Assembly (NCBI GenBank): GCA_023381695.1
Contig: JAMCQP010000117.1
Location: forward strand, 10,489 to 74,488
From: Bacillota bacterium
Lineage (GTDB): Bacteria > Bacillota > UBA5301 > JAMCQP01
Direction of reading: 5' to 3'
Length of the DNA stretch: 64,000 nucleotides
The translations under genes and the position numbers were made by a program. Under the pieces are notes generated by a model, which saw only the letters and a list, made by a program, of their open reading frames with translations, had not been told where the DNA came from and did no database searches. This document shows, one piece after another, positions 8,893 to 19,073 of this stretch. Position 1 is the stretch's first letter. Every line of letters starts with the position of its first letter.

Positions 8893-10191
8893 ATGAAGCG
8901 GCATGCTGGAATCTGGCTTTTAACGCTGGCAGTGATCACGGGCCTGGTCGCGATCTCGGTTCTACCGGTGGCAGCGGCTTCCCAGCCGTACAAGGGGAAG
9001 ACGTTGCGGGTCATCCTGGCCAACCATCCCTGGGCCGAGGCCATCAAGCCCCTGATCCCCGAATTTGAGAAACAAACCGGGATCAAAGTAAACGCGGAGT
9101 CCTACTTCGAAGATCAATTGACCCAGAAGATGTCCGTGGAATTTGCATCGGGCAGCTCCACCATCGATGTCTTCATGCAGCGGCCGCTGCAAGAGGCGAA
9201 ACAGTTCTGGAAGAACGGCTGGTACACCGATTTGAAACCGTTCGTGGACAACGCCAGGCTGACCCCGCGCGCCTGGGAGTACTCCGACTTCTTCCCCACC
9301 GCTCTCCAGGCGGAAACGGTCAGCGGCCACCTCACGGGTATCCCCATCGTGACCGAGCAAGAGATCATCTACTACCGCAAGGACCTCTTTGAAAAGGATG
9401 GGATCAAAGTCCCGACCACCCTGGAAGAGCTGGAGGCGGCAGCCAAACACTTCAACGATCCTGACAAGGGATTCTACGGCTTTGTCGCCAGGGGACAGCG
9501 CTCCCCGGCCGTGACCCAGTTCTCCAGCTACCTGTACAGTTTCGGCGGCAAGTTCAACGACGGTGACAAAGCAACATTGAATACACCCGAGGCGATCCAG
9601 GCATTCACCTTCTACGGCAACATGCTCCGCAAATACGGACCGCCGGGAGTATTGAACATGAGCTGGCCGCAGGCTCTGGCCATCTTCGCCCAGGGCAAGG
9701 CCGCCATATATACCGACGCCTCGGTCTTCTACTCGAATCTGCTGGATCCGAGCAAATCCACCGTTGGTGACAAAGTCGGGTTTGCGCTGTTCCCGGCCGG
9801 ACCCGCCGGCGCCAGGCCCTATTCCGTGACCTCCTGGGGCCTCTCCGTCGCCGGAAGCTCCAAGAATAAGGAAGCGGCCTGGGAGTTCGTCAAATGGGCC
9901 ACCAGCAAGGAGATCACCCTGAAGGCCCAGGCCAAACAGGTCCCCAGTGCGCGTAACTCCGCCTGGGAGAGCAAGGAAGGCTTGGCCAACTTCCCGCCGC
10001 AGCTGGTAAGCGTCATCGCCAAGTCGGGTCGCGTCGGGGCCCCGTATGACCGGCCGCCGGTCATCGCCGTTGGCCAGGCCAGGGATATCGTGGGTTCCGT
10101 GATAATCACCGCCATCGACGGCGGCGACGTGAAAGAAGCGGCCAACAAGGCCAACGCGGACTATCAGGCTCTGCTGGACAAGGAGCAATAA
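8893..10191 (+). CDS. Carbohydrate ABC transporter substrate-binding protein
   Basis: Signal peptide; CUT1 SBP features (IYYRKDLF, PTTLEEL, FAQGKAAI). Confidence 0.92.
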   Translation: MKRHAGIWLLTLAVITGLVAISVLPVAAASQPYKGKTLRVILANHPWAEAIKPLIPEFEKQTGIKVNAESYFEDQLTQKMSVEFASGSSTIDVFMQRPLQEAKQFWKNGWYTDLKPFVDNARLTPRAWEYSDFFPTALQAETVSGHLTGIPIVTEQEIIYYRKDLFEKDGIKVPTTLEELEAAAKHFNDPDKGFYGFVARGQRSPAVTQFSSYLYSFGGKFNDGDKATLNTPEAIQAFTFYGNMLRKYGPPGVLNMSWPQALAIFAQGKAAIYTDASVFYSNLLDPSKSTVGDKVGFALFPAGPAGARPYSVTSWGLSVAGSSKNKEAAWEFVKWATSKEITLKAQAKQVPSARNSAWESKEGLANFPPQLVSVIAKSGRVGAPYDRPPVIAVGQARDIVGSVIITAIDGGDVKEAANKANADYQALLDKEQ

Positions 10192-10304
10192 TCGGGTTAG
10201 CGCTGTCCCGCGCTATCAGAACTGGCAAATAGGGGGCGCCCGGGCGCGGCGTCATACCGCGAGGGCGCCTCTTGCCTCCTGAGCGGCCCAATGGAGGTGC
10301 GTGC

Positions 10305-11180
10305 ATGAACGGCTGGGTGGAAAAACATCTCCGGCATATCTTTACTCTACCCGCGGTGTTGTTTATCCTGGTCATGATGGTCTTCCCCATCATCTACACC
10401 TTGCGCCTGTCATTGACCGACTGGAGCATGTCGTCGCAAACAGCCCCGCTATGGGTAGGGATCAAAAACTACGCCGCCCTCTTTACCCAGGATCCACGAT
10501 TTGTGGGAGCAGTGTGGCGGACGATCTACTTCACCGTGATGGCGGTGGCCGTGGAAACGGTACTGGGCGTGGGGATCGCCCTGGTCTTAAACCGCGACTT
10601 CCCCGGCAAGAACCTGATCAAGACCATCTTTCTCCTGCCGATGGTGGCCACCCCGGTGGCGATCGGCATGGTGTGGCTGTTGATCTACGAGCCGACCATC
10701 GGGTTTGCCAACTATTTTCTCCGGGTGTTGCATTTGCGCCCGCTGCTGTGGATCGCATCCCCCCAGCAGGCCTTGCCAGCGCTGGCCCTGGTGGATGTCT
10801 GGCAGTGGACGCCGATGATCACCCTGATTACCCTGGCGGGATTGACCTCCCTGCCGAAAGACCCCTATGAGGCGTCTTTAGTGGACGGCGCCAGCCCCTG
10901 GCAGAGGATGTGGCGGATCACCCTGCCCCTGCTGCGGCCGACGATTGTCGCGGCGGTAACTTTGCGATCCATCGACGCCCTGAAAACCTTTGACATCATC
11001 TACACCATGACCCAGGGAGGCCCCGGCTATGCCTCGGAAACCCTCAACATCTACTCGTTCGTTCTGGGCTTCCAGTATTTCCAGATGGGCATGGCCTCCT
11101 CGCTTCTGATGATCTTCTTTGCCCTGGTACTCGGCGCCGCCATTATGCTCAACTGGGCCCGGCGCCCGGTACAGGTCTGA
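10305..11180 (+). CDS. Carbohydrate ABC permease
   Basis: Hydrophobic; EAA loop PYEASLVDGAS; GGAGG before ATG 10305. Confidence 0.92.
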   Translation: MNGWVEKHLRHIFTLPAVLFILVMMVFPIIYTLRLSLTDWSMSSQTAPLWVGIKNYAALFTQDPRFVGAVWRTIYFTVMAVAVETVLGVGIALVLNRDFPGKNLIKTIFLLPMVATPVAIGMVWLLIYEPTIGFANYFLRVLHLRPLLWIASPQQALPALALVDVWQWTPMITLITLAGLTSLPKDPYEASLVDGASPWQRMWRITLPLLRPTIVAAVTLRSIDALKTFDIIYTMTQGGPGYASETLNIYSFVLGFQYFQMGMASSLLMIFFALVLGAAIMLNWARRPVQV

Positions 11181-11209
11181 TGATGCTGTGGCATCAGGGG
11201 GGAATATTT

Positions 11210-12088
11210 ATGGCAACGACCTTTGATAAGGGAAATCATGCGGCAAGCGCCCTGGCCAGAACCAGGAGAAACAGGATGAAAAAGCGGTGGAAGGATCTGG
11301 GCTATGTGGCGGTGCTGGTGCTGATCGTCGTCCCTTTCATCTTCCCGTTCTTTTGGATGTTGCTTTCATCTTTTAAGGAACAAGCCCAGATTATCGCCAC
11401 CCCGCCACGGCTGATCTTTACGCCAACCCTGGCGCATTATAAAGAAGTGTTCCAGCAATACGCGTTCGGACACTTTATCTTCAACAGCCTGATTACTTCG
11501 GTGGGCGCCACCTTCTTCTCGCTCCTTTTGGGCCTGCCGGCGGCCTATGCCATAGCCCGTTACCGGCGGAACGCGCTGGCTCTCACCATCCTGGTGGCGC
11601 GGATCGTGCCGGGAATCACCTTTCTGATCCCCTGGTTCATCCTTTTTTCGCGGCTCCACCTGGTGGATACCTACACCTCCATCATCTTGAGCCACATGCT
11701 GGTGGGAATGCCGTTCATCATCTGGATCATGGTGCCGTTCTTTGAAGCTCTGCCCAAGGAGCTGGAAGAGGCTTCCATGGTTGACGGGACCACCCGCCAG
11801 GGGGCCTTCTTCCGGATCTTGCTGCCCCTGACCGGGCCCGGGGTGTTGACCAGTTCGATTCTTTCCTTCGTCTTTTCGTGGAACAACTTCATGTTCGCCG
11901 TGGTGCTCACGGGCGCCCGGACGCGGACATTGCCCATCGCCATCTTCAACTTCCTCTCCTACTCGGAGATCAACTGGGGCGGTTTGATGGCGGCGGCGGT
12001 GATCATCACCATCCCCATTCTGGTGGTGGCCCTGATTGCCCAGAAATATATCGTGCAGGGCCTTACCGCCGGTGCCGTAAAAGGGTAA
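11210..12088 (+). CDS. Carbohydrate ABC permease
   Basis: EAA loop LEEASMVDG; ends GLTAGAVKG; ORF track starts at 11180. Confidence 0.92.
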   Translation: MATTFDKGNHAASALARTRRNRMKKRWKDLGYVAVLVLIVVPFIFPFFWMLLSSFKEQAQIIATPPRLIFTPTLAHYKEVFQQYAFGHFIFNSLITSVGATFFSLLLGLPAAYAIARYRRNALALTILVARIVPGITFLIPWFILFSRLHLVDTYTSIILSHMLVGMPFIIWIMVPFFEALPKELEEASMVDGTTRQGAFFRILLPLTGPGVLTSSILSFVFSWNNFMFAVVLTGARTRTLPIAIFNFLSYSEINWGGLMAAAVIITIPILVVALIAQKYIVQGLTAGAVKG

Positions 12089-12129
12089 GTCGGATTGAAG
12101 GTGGCTTAATCGGATTGAAGGTGCTTAAG

Positions 12130-13677
12130 ATGAAGTACTACCTTGGAGTGGACGTGGGAACATCCGGCTGCCGCGCGGTGGCCTTTAACGAAGAGTTCAG
12201 GGTTCTGGCCGGCGCCAGCAAAGAATATGCCGTTATTTCGCCCCGCCCGGGGTGGGCCGAGCAGGATCCGGAGCTGATCCTCGAATCGGTGGTGGAGGTC
12301 CTGAAGCGGGTTCTGACGGACCCCGCGGTTCATGGCGAGAAGCCCGTGGCCGTGGGAATGGCGACCTTCATGCACAGCCTCATTGGCCTTGACGGGGACG
12401 GAAAGCCGCTCACAAACGCCATCATCTGGGCGGACCTGCGATCGGCCAGGGAAGCTGAATGGCTCAAGGATCATTACGGGGTCTCGGAGATCTACGGGCG
12501 GACCGGATGCCCCATTCATCCGATGTACCTCCCGGCCAAGGTGCTCTGGTTGAAAAGAAACGCCCCCGATGTGTTTTCAGGCATGGTCAGAATCGTATCC
12601 ATAAAGGAATACTTGCTCTACCGGCTCACGGGAAAATTTCTCGTGGACCACTCCATTGCCTCCGCCACGGGCCTCCTGAATATCCGGACGCTGAAGTGGG
12701 ATGAGTTCATGCTCGACGCGGTGGGGGTGGATGCCGGGCTTTTGTCCGAGCCTGTCTCCCCGCTTACCGTGGTGGAGGGTTTCACCACGGACTATGCTCG
12801 AAGCAAGGGCCTGCCGGCCGGAGTCCCCCTGGTGCTGGGGGCCACGGACGGAACCCTCTCCAATCCAGGTTCGGGTGTGGTGTTGCCCGGCCAGCTGGCC
12901 GCGATGATCGGCACCTCAGCCGCCGTCCGGGTGACGACCCCAGAGCCCGTGCTTGATCCAAAAGCGCGGACCTGGTGCTATTATCTTGCCACCGGCAAGT
13001 GGATTACGGGAGGCGCCACCAATAACGGCGGCAACATCCTGCGGTGGTATCGGGATCATTTTGGCTCGAAGGAGATTGAGCAGGCCCGAACCATGGGCGT
13101 GGACCCCTACCAGGTTCTGAGCCGGCAGGCCGCTTCCGTCCCGCCGGGCAGCCGCGGTCTGGTCTTCCTTCCTTTCCTGGCGGGAGAGAGAAGCCCTTAC
13201 TGGAACCCCAACGCGCGCGGGGTCCTCTTTGGGCTGAACCTTGGCCACGGCCCGGATGAGGTGATCCGGTCCATCATGGAAGGCGTCGTTTTTCAACTTT
13301 ACAGCGTCTACGAGGCGCTGGTGGAGACCACCGGCCAGCCGGCCGAGGTCAGGGCGTCGGGCGGGTTTGTGAAATCTCCCGAATGGGTTCAGATCATGGC
13401 GGATACCTTCGGCGTTCCCCTGGCGGTGCCCCAGGTGTTGGAAGGTTCGGCGTTCGGCGCGGCCGCTCTGGCCATGATGGCCATGGGCGTGCTGGAAAAG
13501 CTCGAAGATGTATCCCGGTTTATCCAGCTTGGGAAGACCGTGGAGCCAGTCCCCGCCAGAACCGCGATCTATCGTGAACTTTACGAGATTTATACGAGCA
13601 TCTATAAAAAGCTCAATCCCGAATCCGCTCAAATAGCCGAATTCCAGGCCGGGAAAGGAGATGAGGCGGCGTCATGA
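12130..13677 (+). CDS. gntK: FGGY-family sugar kinase, gluconokinase-like
   Basis: YYLGVDVGTSG, IIWADLRS, GCPIHPMYLPAK, PFLAGERSPYWN; ORF-track start 11878 overlaps the permease. Confidence 0.8.
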   Translation: MKYYLGVDVGTSGCRAVAFNEEFRVLAGASKEYAVISPRPGWAEQDPELILESVVEVLKRVLTDPAVHGEKPVAVGMATFMHSLIGLDGDGKPLTNAIIWADLRSAREAEWLKDHYGVSEIYGRTGCPIHPMYLPAKVLWLKRNAPDVFSGMVRIVSIKEYLLYRLTGKFLVDHSIASATGLLNIRTLKWDEFMLDAVGVDAGLLSEPVSPLTVVEGFTTDYARSKGLPAGVPLVLGATDGTLSNPGSGVVLPGQLAAMIGTSAAVRVTTPEPVLDPKARTWCYYLATGKWITGGATNNGGNILRWYRDHFGSKEIEQARTMGVDPYQVLSRQAASVPPGSRGLVFLPFLAGERSPYWNPNARGVLFGLNLGHGPDEVIRSIMEGVVFQLYSVYEALVETTGQPAEVRASGGFVKSPEWVQIMADTFGVPLAVPQVLEGSAFGAAALAMMAMGVLEKLEDVSRFIQLGKTVEPVPARTAIYRELYEIYTSIYKKLNPESAQIAEFQAGKGDEAAS

Positions 13678-15284
13678 AGACCATCAAAGGGATGTCTGAT
13701 TATGCTCAGGCCATCGCCAGGATGCACCTCGTCTCCACTGGAATCCCCTATGAAGACCTGGACAGGCCGATCATCGGCGTCGTCAACTCCTGGAATGAGA
13801 TCGTGCCCGGCCACGTCCCTCTCCGGGAGATCGCCGAATACGTCAAAAAAGGGATCCGGAATGCCGGCGGCCTCCCGCTGGAGTTCAACACCATCGCCAT
13901 CTGCGACGGCATCGCCCAGGGCCACGCCGGCATGAGGTACGCACTCCCCAGCCGTTCTCTGATCGCCGACAGCATCGAGGCCATGGTCCTGGGCCACGAC
14001 ATCTTCGACGGCCTGGTGTTCGTCACCGCCTGCGACAAGATTACGCCGGCGATGCTCATGGCGGCGGCCAGGCTCAACCTCCCGGCCGTCTTCGTGACCA
14101 GCGGGCCGGCGAATACCGCGGCGCCGGCTTCAAGTAAAAAGGAGATCCGCAAGAAGTACCTTGAAGGCAAGATTAACGAAAAGGAACTCATCATGGGCAG
14201 CCTGGACTTCTACTGCGGTCCGGGAATCTGCCCGTTTCTCGGGACGGCCAACACCATGCTGATGGTGGCGGAGACCCTCGGCCTGATGCTCCCCTATACC
14301 TCCACCATCCCTTTCGGCGTCGCCGGACGGAGCATCGCCTCCCAGATGGCGGGCGAGCGTATTGTGGAGCTGGCGCAGAAAGGGATCCGGCCTTCGGAAT
14401 TTCTCACCAAGGAAGCGTTTTTCAACACCATCAAAGTAACCCTGGCCGTGGGCGGCTCCCTCAACACCCTGCTCCACCTGCCCGCCATCGCCGGCGAGGC
14501 CGGAATCGGGGTAAGTTGGGAGGACTTCGACCGGTTCAGCCAGAAAGTCCCGCACATCGCTCCCGTGACCCCCAACGGGCCTTACAGCGTGGTAAACTTC
14601 CACAACGCCGGCGGGGTTCCGGCGGTGATGAAAGAGATCCGCCACCTGCTGAATCTCTCCACGGCGACGGTCTCCGGGGAGACCACCGGTGAGATTGTGG
14701 CCCGCGCCGAAGTCAAGAACAGAGATGTAATCAGGCCTGTAACCGATCCCGTGCACCCGGAGGGCGGGATTGCGGTCCTCAAGGGCAACCTCGCCCCGAA
14801 TGGCGCCATCGTGAAGCAATCCGGGGTCAAGGAAGAGCTGAGGGTGTTTACCGGACCGGCCAGGGTCTTCAATTCGGAAGAGGAGTGCGTCCTGGCGCTC
14901 CAAGCCGGGAAGGTCCGTGAGGGTGACGTGCTGGTCATCCGGTATGAAGGCCCCCGGGGCGGGCCGGGCATGCGCGAGATGCACCGGGTCACGGAGTTCG
15001 TGAGCCGGTTTGAGCGGGTGGCCATCGTCACCGACGGCAGGTTCTCCGGGGCGTCGATCGGCCTTTCGGTGGGGTATCTGACCCCCGAGGCATATGAGGG
15101 GGGCCCGATCGGCCTTGTGGAAGACGGGGATGAGATTGCCATCAACATTCCCGCGCGGGAGCTCCGTCTCCGGGTGCCGGAGGAGGACCTCAGAAAGAGG
15201 CGGGCTCTCTGGAAGCCGGTGGAAAAGGCCGCCACCAGGTTCCTGCAGACCTACCGCGACACATATCGCGATACCCAAATATAA
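13674..15284 (+). CDS. IlvD/Edd-family dihydroxy-acid or sugar-acid dehydratase
   Basis: NSWNEIVPGH, ICDGIAQGH, ACDKITP, GTANTM, VTDGRFSGAS; C-terminal tail looks slightly short. Confidence 0.9.
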   Translation: MKTIKGMSDYAQAIARMHLVSTGIPYEDLDRPIIGVVNSWNEIVPGHVPLREIAEYVKKGIRNAGGLPLEFNTIAICDGIAQGHAGMRYALPSRSLIADSIEAMVLGHDIFDGLVFVTACDKITPAMLMAAARLNLPAVFVTSGPANTAAPASSKKEIRKKYLEGKINEKELIMGSLDFYCGPGICPFLGTANTMLMVAETLGLMLPYTSTIPFGVAGRSIASQMAGERIVELAQKGIRPSEFLTKEAFFNTIKVTLAVGGSLNTLLHLPAIAGEAGIGVSWEDFDRFSQKVPHIAPVTPNGPYSVVNFHNAGGVPAVMKEIRHLLNLSTATVSGETTGEIVARAEVKNRDVIRPVTDPVHPEGGIAVLKGNLAPNGAIVKQSGVKEELRVFTGPARVFNSEEECVLALQAGKVREGDVLVIRYEGPRGGPGMREMHRVTEFVSRFERVAIVTDGRFSGASIGLSVGYLTPEAYEGGPIGLVEDGDEIAINIPARELRLRVPEEDLRKRRALWKPVEKAATRFLQTYRDTYRDTQI

Positions 15285-15551
15285 GTCGGCTGTGGGGCAA
15301 CTCCCGGCACTGCAAGCTCTCCTCCCCACACCCCCTCCGGATTCTGTTGCGGCCAGGCGGGCCCAGCAGGTCGGAAAGCGTCACAGCACATCGCCCGGCG
15401 GTTTGAGGCGGGACAGAAGTATACCGAGAAAGAAGTGAACGAAGTCCTCAGGGCGATCTACCACGATTATGTCACCCTGCGCAGGTACCTGATCGAATAT
15501 GGGTTCATGGACTGGGTCAGAGACGGCAGCGCTTACTGGGTGAAGTTATAG
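15285..15551 (+). pseudogene. Start-less DUF2087 domain relic, absent from the ORF track
   Basis: HIARRFEAGQKYTEKEVNEVLRAIYHDYVTLRRYLIEYGFMDWVRDGSAYW at about 15387-15551, in frame behind the dehydratase TAA. Confidence 0.75.
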
Positions 15552-15590
15552 TTGAAGTTGTATAGTTGGCGAGATAAGGAGAATGCCATC

Positions 15591-16574
15591 ATGGAGACAA
15601 GACTGGTCAGCAAGCCATTCAGCAAACTGAGTGAGGATGAACTTGGCGCTCTCTTCGCCTTTTTAACGGAATTCGGACCGCCTCCTCCATTCCCCGACCC
15701 TGGGGCGATGCGGCAAGATTTATCCACATCCGTCTTCAACGGCGGGCAGAACTTCCTGACCATCTGGATGGGCGAAACCACGGTGGTTGGCACCATCGGG
15801 ATAGTTACGAAAGAAGCCCGGGCAAAAGGCGAGATATTTTTGACCTCGATATACCTCAAACCCCAGCACAAAGGGGTTGTCAGGCGGTTGATCGATGAGG
15901 CGTACCAGGTGGCTCTGGCCGCGGAAGGAGTGCGCCCCGGGATCACGGTGCGGCTGGGTGTGCGGGAAAACCTCAGCTACTTGAAACCAGAGGTGGAAAA
16001 GACGGGCTTCAAGGAACATACCCACCTTCTGGAGCTCCGGCGCGACGCAGCAGGCATGAACATCCCCGACATCCCCGTTTCGAAACCCGGGCCGGCCGCC
16101 GGCTCTGAAGCGGCGGCCGACCTTGAATCTGAACTGAAGTTGAAGTTTATGCCGCTGTCTGAGCATAACCTGGCCGACTTCGTAGCCGTCCACAACGCCG
16201 CGTTCCTTGATTCGGCCAATGCCGGCCTGATAAGTCTGGAGGAAGCCCGGGAGATGCTTGAGAAGGCCCCCGCGGAAGATCTCCAGCAAGTGGGTTATGT
16301 CGGGTCCGTCCCCGCAGTCATCTTCGACCTGCGGCTTCAAGACAGCGCGGGCTGGATAGACGGCCTGGGAGTACACCCGGCGTATCAGGGGCGTGAACTG
16401 GGGAAAACGGCTCTGCAGCGCGCCATCACTGTTTTACGAGAACACGGGGCCACGGAAGTGCGTCTTATGGTGGTGGAGGCCAACACGCGAGCCCTTAGCC
16501 TTTACCGGCACGCCGGTTTCACGCTGGACAGGGTATTTTCCACGTCGTACGCCGGCGCCCTACCTTCCAAGTAG
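15591..16574 (+). CDS. GNAT-family acetyltransferase
   Basis: WIDGLGVHPAYQGRELG...NTRALSLYRHAGF; AAGGAG before ATG 15591. Confidence 0.85.
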   Translation: METRLVSKPFSKLSEDELGALFAFLTEFGPPPPFPDPGAMRQDLSTSVFNGGQNFLTIWMGETTVVGTIGIVTKEARAKGEIFLTSIYLKPQHKGVVRRLIDEAYQVALAAEGVRPGITVRLGVRENLSYLKPEVEKTGFKEHTHLLELRRDAAGMNIPDIPVSKPGPAAGSEAAADLESELKLKFMPLSEHNLADFVAVHNAAFLDSANAGLISLEEAREMLEKAPAEDLQQVGYVGSVPAVIFDLRLQDSAGWIDGLGVHPAYQGRELGKTALQRAITVLREHGATEVRLMVVEANTRALSLYRHAGFTLDRVFSTSYAGALPSK

Positions 16575-16720
16575 CTGCAACACAGTTCGCGTAGACATGT
16601 TCGCGACCTTCCATGGCCGATAAGCTTACCGGACCCTCTGACAAGGGTTTCATCATGGGCGCATCCATGAATCTATCTTACCTGACAATCCACCTCCTCG
16701 AAGAAGGGCTCTTATGAGAG

Positions 16721-16768
16721 AAAAAGGCCGGTCGATAGAGGCGATAAGCTTCGGCCGGCTTTCTTTTT
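16721..16768 (+). terminator. Rho-independent terminator
   Basis: GCCGGTCGA...TCGGCCGGC stem followed by TTTCTTTTT; A-run on the other side. Confidence 0.7.
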
Positions 16769-16772
16769 GCCT

Positions 16773-17585
16773 TCATCTTTCCTCCGACATTTCCACAACC
16801 TTCAATATTAGCTGCCTGTCCCGGATGACATTTTCATAGGCTCTTTTCCACTCCGGGTTTTGTTCACGGCTCAGTTCTTCCTGGTAGATACTGATTGTTT
16901 TTTCAAGATAGTGCCCCATCCCACGGGGAAAGGACAATCCGGTGCTTGACGTCGCAAACAACCGGTCCTTGTCTCCCTTGCCAAACGGGGCAGATGAATA
17001 GCCCGCCTTTTTAAGCCTCGGGACAAACTCGAGAACATGAGAAGCGCCGGTAAGAACGAGGACTTTCTTATGCCCCGGTACACTTTGCAAGATGTTTTCC
17101 ACCATCTTATCGTCTCTCGCTTTGTTGGTACGCCCCGGCTTCATGCCCTTTTTTGTCCACCAATCCATCCCGCCTACCTCAATGCCCAAAGAGCGCGCCT
17201 CCAAATTCGCAAACAGCATTTCAACCGGACCGTCCCCGAGATTATCCCGTTTCAACTCCTCCTGCCTGCTTTCCACAAGTAACAGGTCGGGTCGCAAGTT
17301 TTTGACAACGGCTCTTATCTGTTGAAGTGAATAATCGCCAGTCTTAAGGTGCCTTCCGTGAATGGTCCCCAGTATATAGATCTCCTGCCCCCAGTTGGCC
17401 AGTTTATAGAAGTAAACATATTTGAAGCGCGCCGGGCTCACATTTATTAACAAGGCCATCCCCATCTCGGGATTGGCAAGATAAGTTACCAGCGCCATCC
17501 CAATTACCAATACGGATAGTGCTACAATGAGGGGTTTTCGCAACCTTTTCCGTTCAACCATCATTGCTCCTCCCGATTGCCCCAA
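16773..17585 (-). CDS. Hypothetical exported or membrane-anchored protein
   Basis: Basic N-terminus plus hydrophobic helix; IYILGTIHGRHL..PDLLLVE..GASH, loosely TraB/ChaN-like. Confidence 0.7.
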   Translation of the reverse strand: MGQSGGAMMVERKRLRKPLIVALSVLVIGMALVTYLANPEMGMALLINVSPARFKYVYFYKLANWGQEIYILGTIHGRHLKTGDYSLQQIRAVVKNLRPDLLLVESRQEELKRDNLGDGPVEMLFANLEARSLGIEVGGMDWWTKKGMKPGRTNKARDDKMVENILQSVPGHKKVLVLTGASHVLEFVPRLKKAGYSSAPFGKGDKDRLFATSSTGLSFPRGMGHYLEKTISIYQEELSREQNPEWKRAYENVIRDRQLILKVVEMSEER

Positions 17586-17766
17586 ATCTTTCTCCTGCCA
17601 TAGTTTTCTCCGGAGACAGTGGTTTTCCTACCCCCACCCTTAAAAGGGTAACTCCTTGTTGCCCAAGGCGTAACCAGGACTTCAAGTCTTTGTCCTTTCT
17701 GTGGGCACCCCCTGAGTAGGTTCTTTTTTATCGGGGTATAATCAGCCTGAAGGAGGCGCCAACTTT

Positions 17767-18285
17767 TTGCCGCCATTGAAAAAACCCGCAGCTGCAATCA
17801 GTAAACCCCGACAAACCTCACTTGAACTGATTATGCTTTGCGGCCTCCCGGGCAGTGGCAAGTCCACCTTTACCCGGGAATTCCAGGGGCCTGTGGTCAG
17901 TACAGACGCTATCCGGGAGATGGTTACGGGCGACGCCGCAAATCGCAGCCGGGACAGCCTGGTCTTCAAGCTGGCTCAGGAGATGCTCGCTTATTACCTT
18001 TTCCGAAACATCTCCGTCATGTATGATGCAACCAACCTTCTGCGCAGCTCCCGGCGGCGGATCATCGCCCTGGGACGCCGGTACAACGCCCGGATACGCG
18101 TGATCTGGATCGACTGCCCCCCTGAACTGGCCATCCGGCGAAATCTGCAACGCAAGCGTCAAGTCCCGGCGCACGTGATCCGGCGCATGCACCGGCAATT
18201 TCAGCCGCCATCACCCGAGGAAGGGATAGCGGTGATCGAGCGCCGGGAGGTATGCGATACCCCGGATACCCCGCCCTCCCAATAA
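17767..18285 (+). CDS. AAA_33 / polynucleotide-kinase-like P-loop kinase
   Basis: LCGLPGSGKST, STDAIR, YDATN, AIRRNLQR..VP; RBS GAAGGAGG. Confidence 0.85.
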   Translation: MPPLKKPAAAISKPRQTSLELIMLCGLPGSGKSTFTREFQGPVVSTDAIREMVTGDAANRSRDSLVFKLAQEMLAYYLFRNISVMYDATNLLRSSRRRIIALGRRYNARIRVIWIDCPPELAIRRNLQRKRQVPAHVIRRMHRQFQPPSPEEGIAVIERREVCDTPDTPPSQ

Positions 18286-18331
18286 CGTCCTTTCTAAACG
18301 GGAAGCGCTTGACGGGCGCCTTTCTGGAGTC

Positions 18332-18976
18332 TCACTTGCCGACGGCGGTATATTGAGAAATATGTCGTTCAGACGGCCTGGAGTCGCCATCCATGTTTTC
18401 CAGTTGCGAGAAGTCGATGGTCCGGAAATAGTCTTCGACGGTCTCCGCGCGGCGGATCATCGTCACGCCGCCGTCGGGCCTGAGCAGCAACTCGGCCGAC
18501 CGGAGTTTGCCGTTGTAGTTGAAGCCCATGGAGTGCCCGTGCGCCCCGGTGTCGTGAATAACGACCAGATCCCCCACGTCGATCCGCGGCAACCACCTGT
18601 CAATCGCGAATTTATCGTTATTCTCGCAGAGGCTCCCCGTTACGTCGTAAACCTGGTCATGTGGCCAGTCCTCTTTTCCCGGCACCGTGATATGGTGATA
18701 GGCGCCGTACATCCCCGGTCGCATCAGGTTGGCCATGCTGGCGTCCAGCCCCACGTAATTCTTGTAGGTCTCCTTCTTGTGCAACACCCTGGAAACCAGG
18801 TACCCGTACGGGCCGGTGATCGCGCGGCCCAGTTCCAAGGCGATCTTCAGGGGGTGCAAGCCGTTAGGCATGATCCTGGCCTCGTAGACGGCCCGGATCT
18901 CCCGCCCCAGCGCCGGCAGATCCACCGGTTCCTCCTCGGGCCGGTAGGGGATGCCTACCCCGCCCCCCAGGTTGAC
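18332..18976 (-). pseudogene. lysA: C-terminal fragment of diaminopimelate decarboxylase (lysA)
   Basis: VNLGGGVGIPY, ELGRAITGP, GSLCENNDKF, HDTGAHGHSMGFNYNG; PLP-lysine barrel missing. Confidence 0.85.
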
Positions 18977-19073
18977 GCCGATGTTTTTGTGATGCAGGCG
19001 ATTGCCGTGGCTGGTCTGATCCCGCTCATGGCCATGGTGAAGATCCTGTCCAGCTTCTGGCATCTGCCGAAAG

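Noticed and set aside
8962-10188. Long antisense ORFs (also 14130-15329, 33432-35003, 42118-43479, 52514-53824)
   Set aside because: They shadow well-supported genes on the opposite strand, as expected in GC-rich DNA, and carry no motifs
15282-15284. Read-through fusion of the dehydratase and DUF2087
   Set aside because: TAA is a strong stop, the linker is non-conserved-looking, and the DUF2087 N-part appears deleted
17640-17725. Riboswitch in the divergent intergenic region
   Set aside because: Small hairpins (GGGTAAC/GTTGCCC, GGAC/GTCC) are present but match no riboswitch consensus I can recognise; an Rfam cmscan would settle it
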